Below are positions 44,143 to 44,535 of a DNA stretch of 44,535 nucleotides, one piece after another. A model generated the notes under the pieces. That model searched no databases and was not told the origin of the DNA. It was given only the letters and a program-made list of their open reading frames with translations. The translations under genes and the position numbers were made by a program. Every line of letters begins with the position of its first letter. Positions within the stretch are counted from its first letter, which is position 1. Source of the stretch: an uncultured Candidatus Saccharibacteria bacterium (GTDB taxonomy: Bacteria; Patescibacteriota; Minisyncoccia; Phycocordibacterales; CSBR16-119); the NCBI GenBank assembly GCA_964355515.1, contig CAYHDV010000005.1, positions 1 to 44,535 of the forward strand. The letters are read 5' to 3'.

Positions 44143-44451
44143 ATGGAATCAGTACCGAATCAAGAAAAACAGTCGATGAATCTAGAATATGTAGAAAGAA
44201 TGACTAATGCATATCGTGCTGGGAAATACCTTGCAGATGCTGTTCAATTTATATCAGACATTGATATGAAATCTTTAGATAAAGAAAAACAAGAAAAAAT
44301 TAGTAGAAGAATGGAAAATGAATTAGGTGAGGATGGTTCACTAGGAGAATATCTAAAGGATGAAGATTTTATGAATAAGTTGCGACGATTTGGATCAAAA
44401 GCAAATGAGAGTCAAATGACCATAGAGAATATAGTAAAAGGAATTCTTTAA
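44143..44451 (+). CDS. Hypothetical protein
   Basis: 102-aa charged ORF with TATAAT upstream (44101) and a hairpin downstream. Confidence 0.65.
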   Translation: MESVPNQEKQSMNLEYVERMTNAYRAGKYLADAVQFISDIDMKSLDKEKQEKISRRMENELGEDGSLGEYLKDEDFMNKLRRFGSKANESQMTIENIVKGIL

Positions 44452-44484
44452 TCAAAAAAACACCCTAGGGTGTTTTTTTTGATT
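44450..44484 (+). terminator. Rho-independent terminator
   Basis: AATCAAAAAAACACCC-TA-GGGTGTTTTTTTTGATT. Confidence 0.7.
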
Positions 44485-44535
44485 GTCTGTGATAATTTTT
44501 CTTTTTATTTTACGTGCTTCGTGCGCGTTCCAGGA

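Noticed and set aside
1-44535. Alternative genetic code (TGA=Gly, as in Gracilibacteria/Absconditabacteria)
   Set aside because: All conserved genes are full length under code 11, with Gly encoded by GGN.

Overview
AT-rich bacterial chromosomal window read with the standard genetic code. The gene set points to a Patescibacteria/CPR (Parcubacteria-like) organism; this is an inference from the minimal mraZ-rsmH-ftsL-ftsI cluster, the gap/rpiB/rpe/split-transketolase/PfkB sugar cluster, the short RF1 and ObgE, and many charged orphan ORFs. Housekeeping genes include pbp2, greA, lysS, obgE, gatB, rplY, rpmE2, prmC, prfA and a tRNA-Glu(CTC). The standout is an accessory locus at ~12.8-17.7 kb beside the tRNA 3' end. 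It encodes a Cys-rich ArsR regulator and a membrane-bound fusion of a multi-TM domain, a cytochrome b5 domain and a NirS-type heme d1 propeller that keeps all three key His but has no cytochrome c domain. It also encodes a membrane-anchored copper nitrite reductase (NirK) whose type-1 Cu axial Met is replaced by Gln. Other signals: REP-like palindromes inserted in frame in gatB and transketolase, tRNA-end duplications with structured modules on both sides of tRNA-Glu, a nested palindromic element at 1-351, and pervasive apparently leaderless promoters including three back-to-back pairs. All family assignments come from motif recognition by eye; no database searches were run.
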